Positions 62,935 through 64,000 of a DNA stretch of 64,000 bases are shown one piece after another. The notes under the pieces are model-generated. The model did no database searches. It worked only from the letters and a program-made list of their open reading frames with translations, and was not told the DNA's origin. A program made the position numbers and the translations under genes. Source of the DNA: Clostridiales bacterium (GTDB lineage: Bacteria; Bacillota; Clostridia; Christensenellales; CAG-314); contig JAFLVM010000002.1 of assembly GCA_022508305.1 (NCBI GenBank), positions 91,729-155,728 of the forward strand, in the 5' to 3' direction. Within the stretch, counting starts at the first letter, position 1; every line of letters begins with the position of its first letter.

Positions 62935-64000
62935 ATGGCAACGCAAAACATAACGAAATCCTACCTGAAGGACATGATTGAGAGCGCCTCCAACAAAACC
63001 TACGGAGTGTCCGCAACGGAAATTACCAACCAACAACTGTACAAGTGTGTTGCAACGGTTGTCCGCGACATGCTGCTGGACAAACGCACGGCGTTCAACA
63101 GACAACACAAGGCAAGAGACAGAAAGAGAATTCACTACCTGTCTATGGAATTTTTGATGGGTCGCAGCCTCAAAAACAACCTTTTCAACATGCAAATGGA
63201 AGGTTTGTTTGCCGAAACGTTGAAAAAATACTATTACGTAGACTTGAACGACTTGTACGAATTCGAGCCGGATGCAGGCTTGGGTAACGGCGGTTTGGGA
63301 AGACTTGCCGCCTGCTATCTGGACTGTCTTGCCAAGGAAAACTACCCCATAATGGGTCACTCGCTCCGCTTTGAGTACGGTTTCTTCCAACAAAAGATAG
63401 TGGACGGTTGGCAGACGGAATTGCCCGAAAACTGGCTGCCGGGCGGCGAAGTGTGGCTCAAGGAACGCGCCGACAAGGTTCAAATAGTACGTTTCGGCGG
63501 CGAAGTTACGGAAATTTGGACGGATCAAGGTCCTATGTACCAACAGGTCAACTGTCAAGAGGTCAAGGCGTTCCCCTACGACATGGTGGTAGAGGGCTAC
63601 GACGCAACGGCGGTGGGCGTGCTAAGACTGTGGGCTGCCCGCAACAACAAACCATTTGACTTCCGCACCTTCGGTCAAGGCGAGTATCTTCGCGCCCTTG
63701 AGGAACAGTCGCAAGCAGAAATGATTACAAAGGTTCTGTACCCCAACGACGACCATGAGGAAGGCAAAATTTTGCGACTCAAGCAGGAATATTTCCTCGT
63801 GTCAGCCGCAATGCAAAACATCGTTTCCGACCACTACCAAAGGTACGGCAACTTTGACAAGTTCACTCAACTTGTAGCGGTGCACATCAACGATACGCAC
63901 CCGGCACTTGCAGGACCGGAGTTGATGCGTATATTTATCGACGAATACCACATGGATTGGGACAAGGCGTGGGGGCTTGTCAAGAGCGTGACCGCCTACA
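62935..64000 (+). CDS. glgP: Glycogen/maltodextrin phosphorylase (5' part, runs off the right edge)
   Basis: Absent from the ORF track because it has no stop in the window. The ATG directly abuts the glgB stop. HYLSMEFLMGRSLKNNL and EPDAGLGNGGLGRLAACYLD are GT35 signatures. Confidence 0.92.
   Translation, partial: MATQNITKSYLKDMIESASNKTYGVSATEITNQQLYKCVATVVRDMLLDKRTAFNRQHKARDRKRIHYLSMEFLMGRSLKNNLFNMQMEGLFAETLKKYYYVDLNDLYEFEPDAGLGNGGLGRLAACYLDCLAKENYPIMGHSLRFEYGFFQQKIVDGWQTELPENWLPGGEVWLKERADKVQIVRFGGEVTEIWTDQGPMYQQVNCQEVKAFPYDMVVEGYDATAVGVLRLWAARNNKPFDFRTFGQGEYLRALEEQSQAEMITKVLYPNDDHEEGKILRLKQEYFLVSAAMQNIVSDHYQRYGNFDKFTQLVAVHINDTHPALAGPELMRIFIDEYHMDWDKAWGLVKSVTAY

Overview
This window looks like a chromosomal segment of a Bacillota (Firmicutes) organism, probably Clostridia-like. 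That placement is an inference from GlgD, FloA, a long-form HPF, a B. subtilis-type ThyA, a UmuC-like polymerase with a YolD-like partner, and GGAGG Shine-Dalgarno (SD) sites with some GTG/TTG starts. Most of the window is housekeeping. It carries rplM-rpsI, a TrxB-family reductase, glmM, glgC-glgD-glgA, thyA and folA, two MATE pumps, a DMT transporter, a Ca-type P-type ATPase, a ClpC-like AAA+ protein, hpf, floA, plsX, tmRNA (ssrA), ppdK, a beta carbonic anhydrase, an aldo/keto reductase with an Fe-S domain, and malQ-glgB-glgP. Interspersed with these are many surface lipoprotein genes built from three shuffled module types: BspA-type LRR, MBG Ig-like repeats, and Cys/His-rich zinc-ribbon-like arrays. 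One of them is a 1808-aa protein with an internal duplication of about 517 codons. The clearest accessory region is an AT-rich stretch of about 8.6 kb (about 41.4-50.0 kb) that ends at the 3' end of ssrA and has no integrase. It holds two uncharacterised modules. (1) A convergent, 3'-overlapping pair: a 762-aa helical protein with what looks like a degenerate KAP-type P-loop, and a Ddl-like ATP-grasp enzyme. Both are preceded by the same 22-nt element. (2) A translationally coupled pair: an unassignable 270-aa protein and an N-terminally extended UvrD-like SF1 ATPase, which I regard as the best candidate for a novel defence system. Other items worth follow-up are terminator-containing 5' leaders in front of the tandem DMT and MATE transporter genes, a TrxB homologue lacking the NADPH-binding arginines, a 113-nt G-free 3' UTR tract, and a perfect 6-4-6 palindrome in front of malQ. 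All calls come from reading the sequence and from motif recall. No database search was run.
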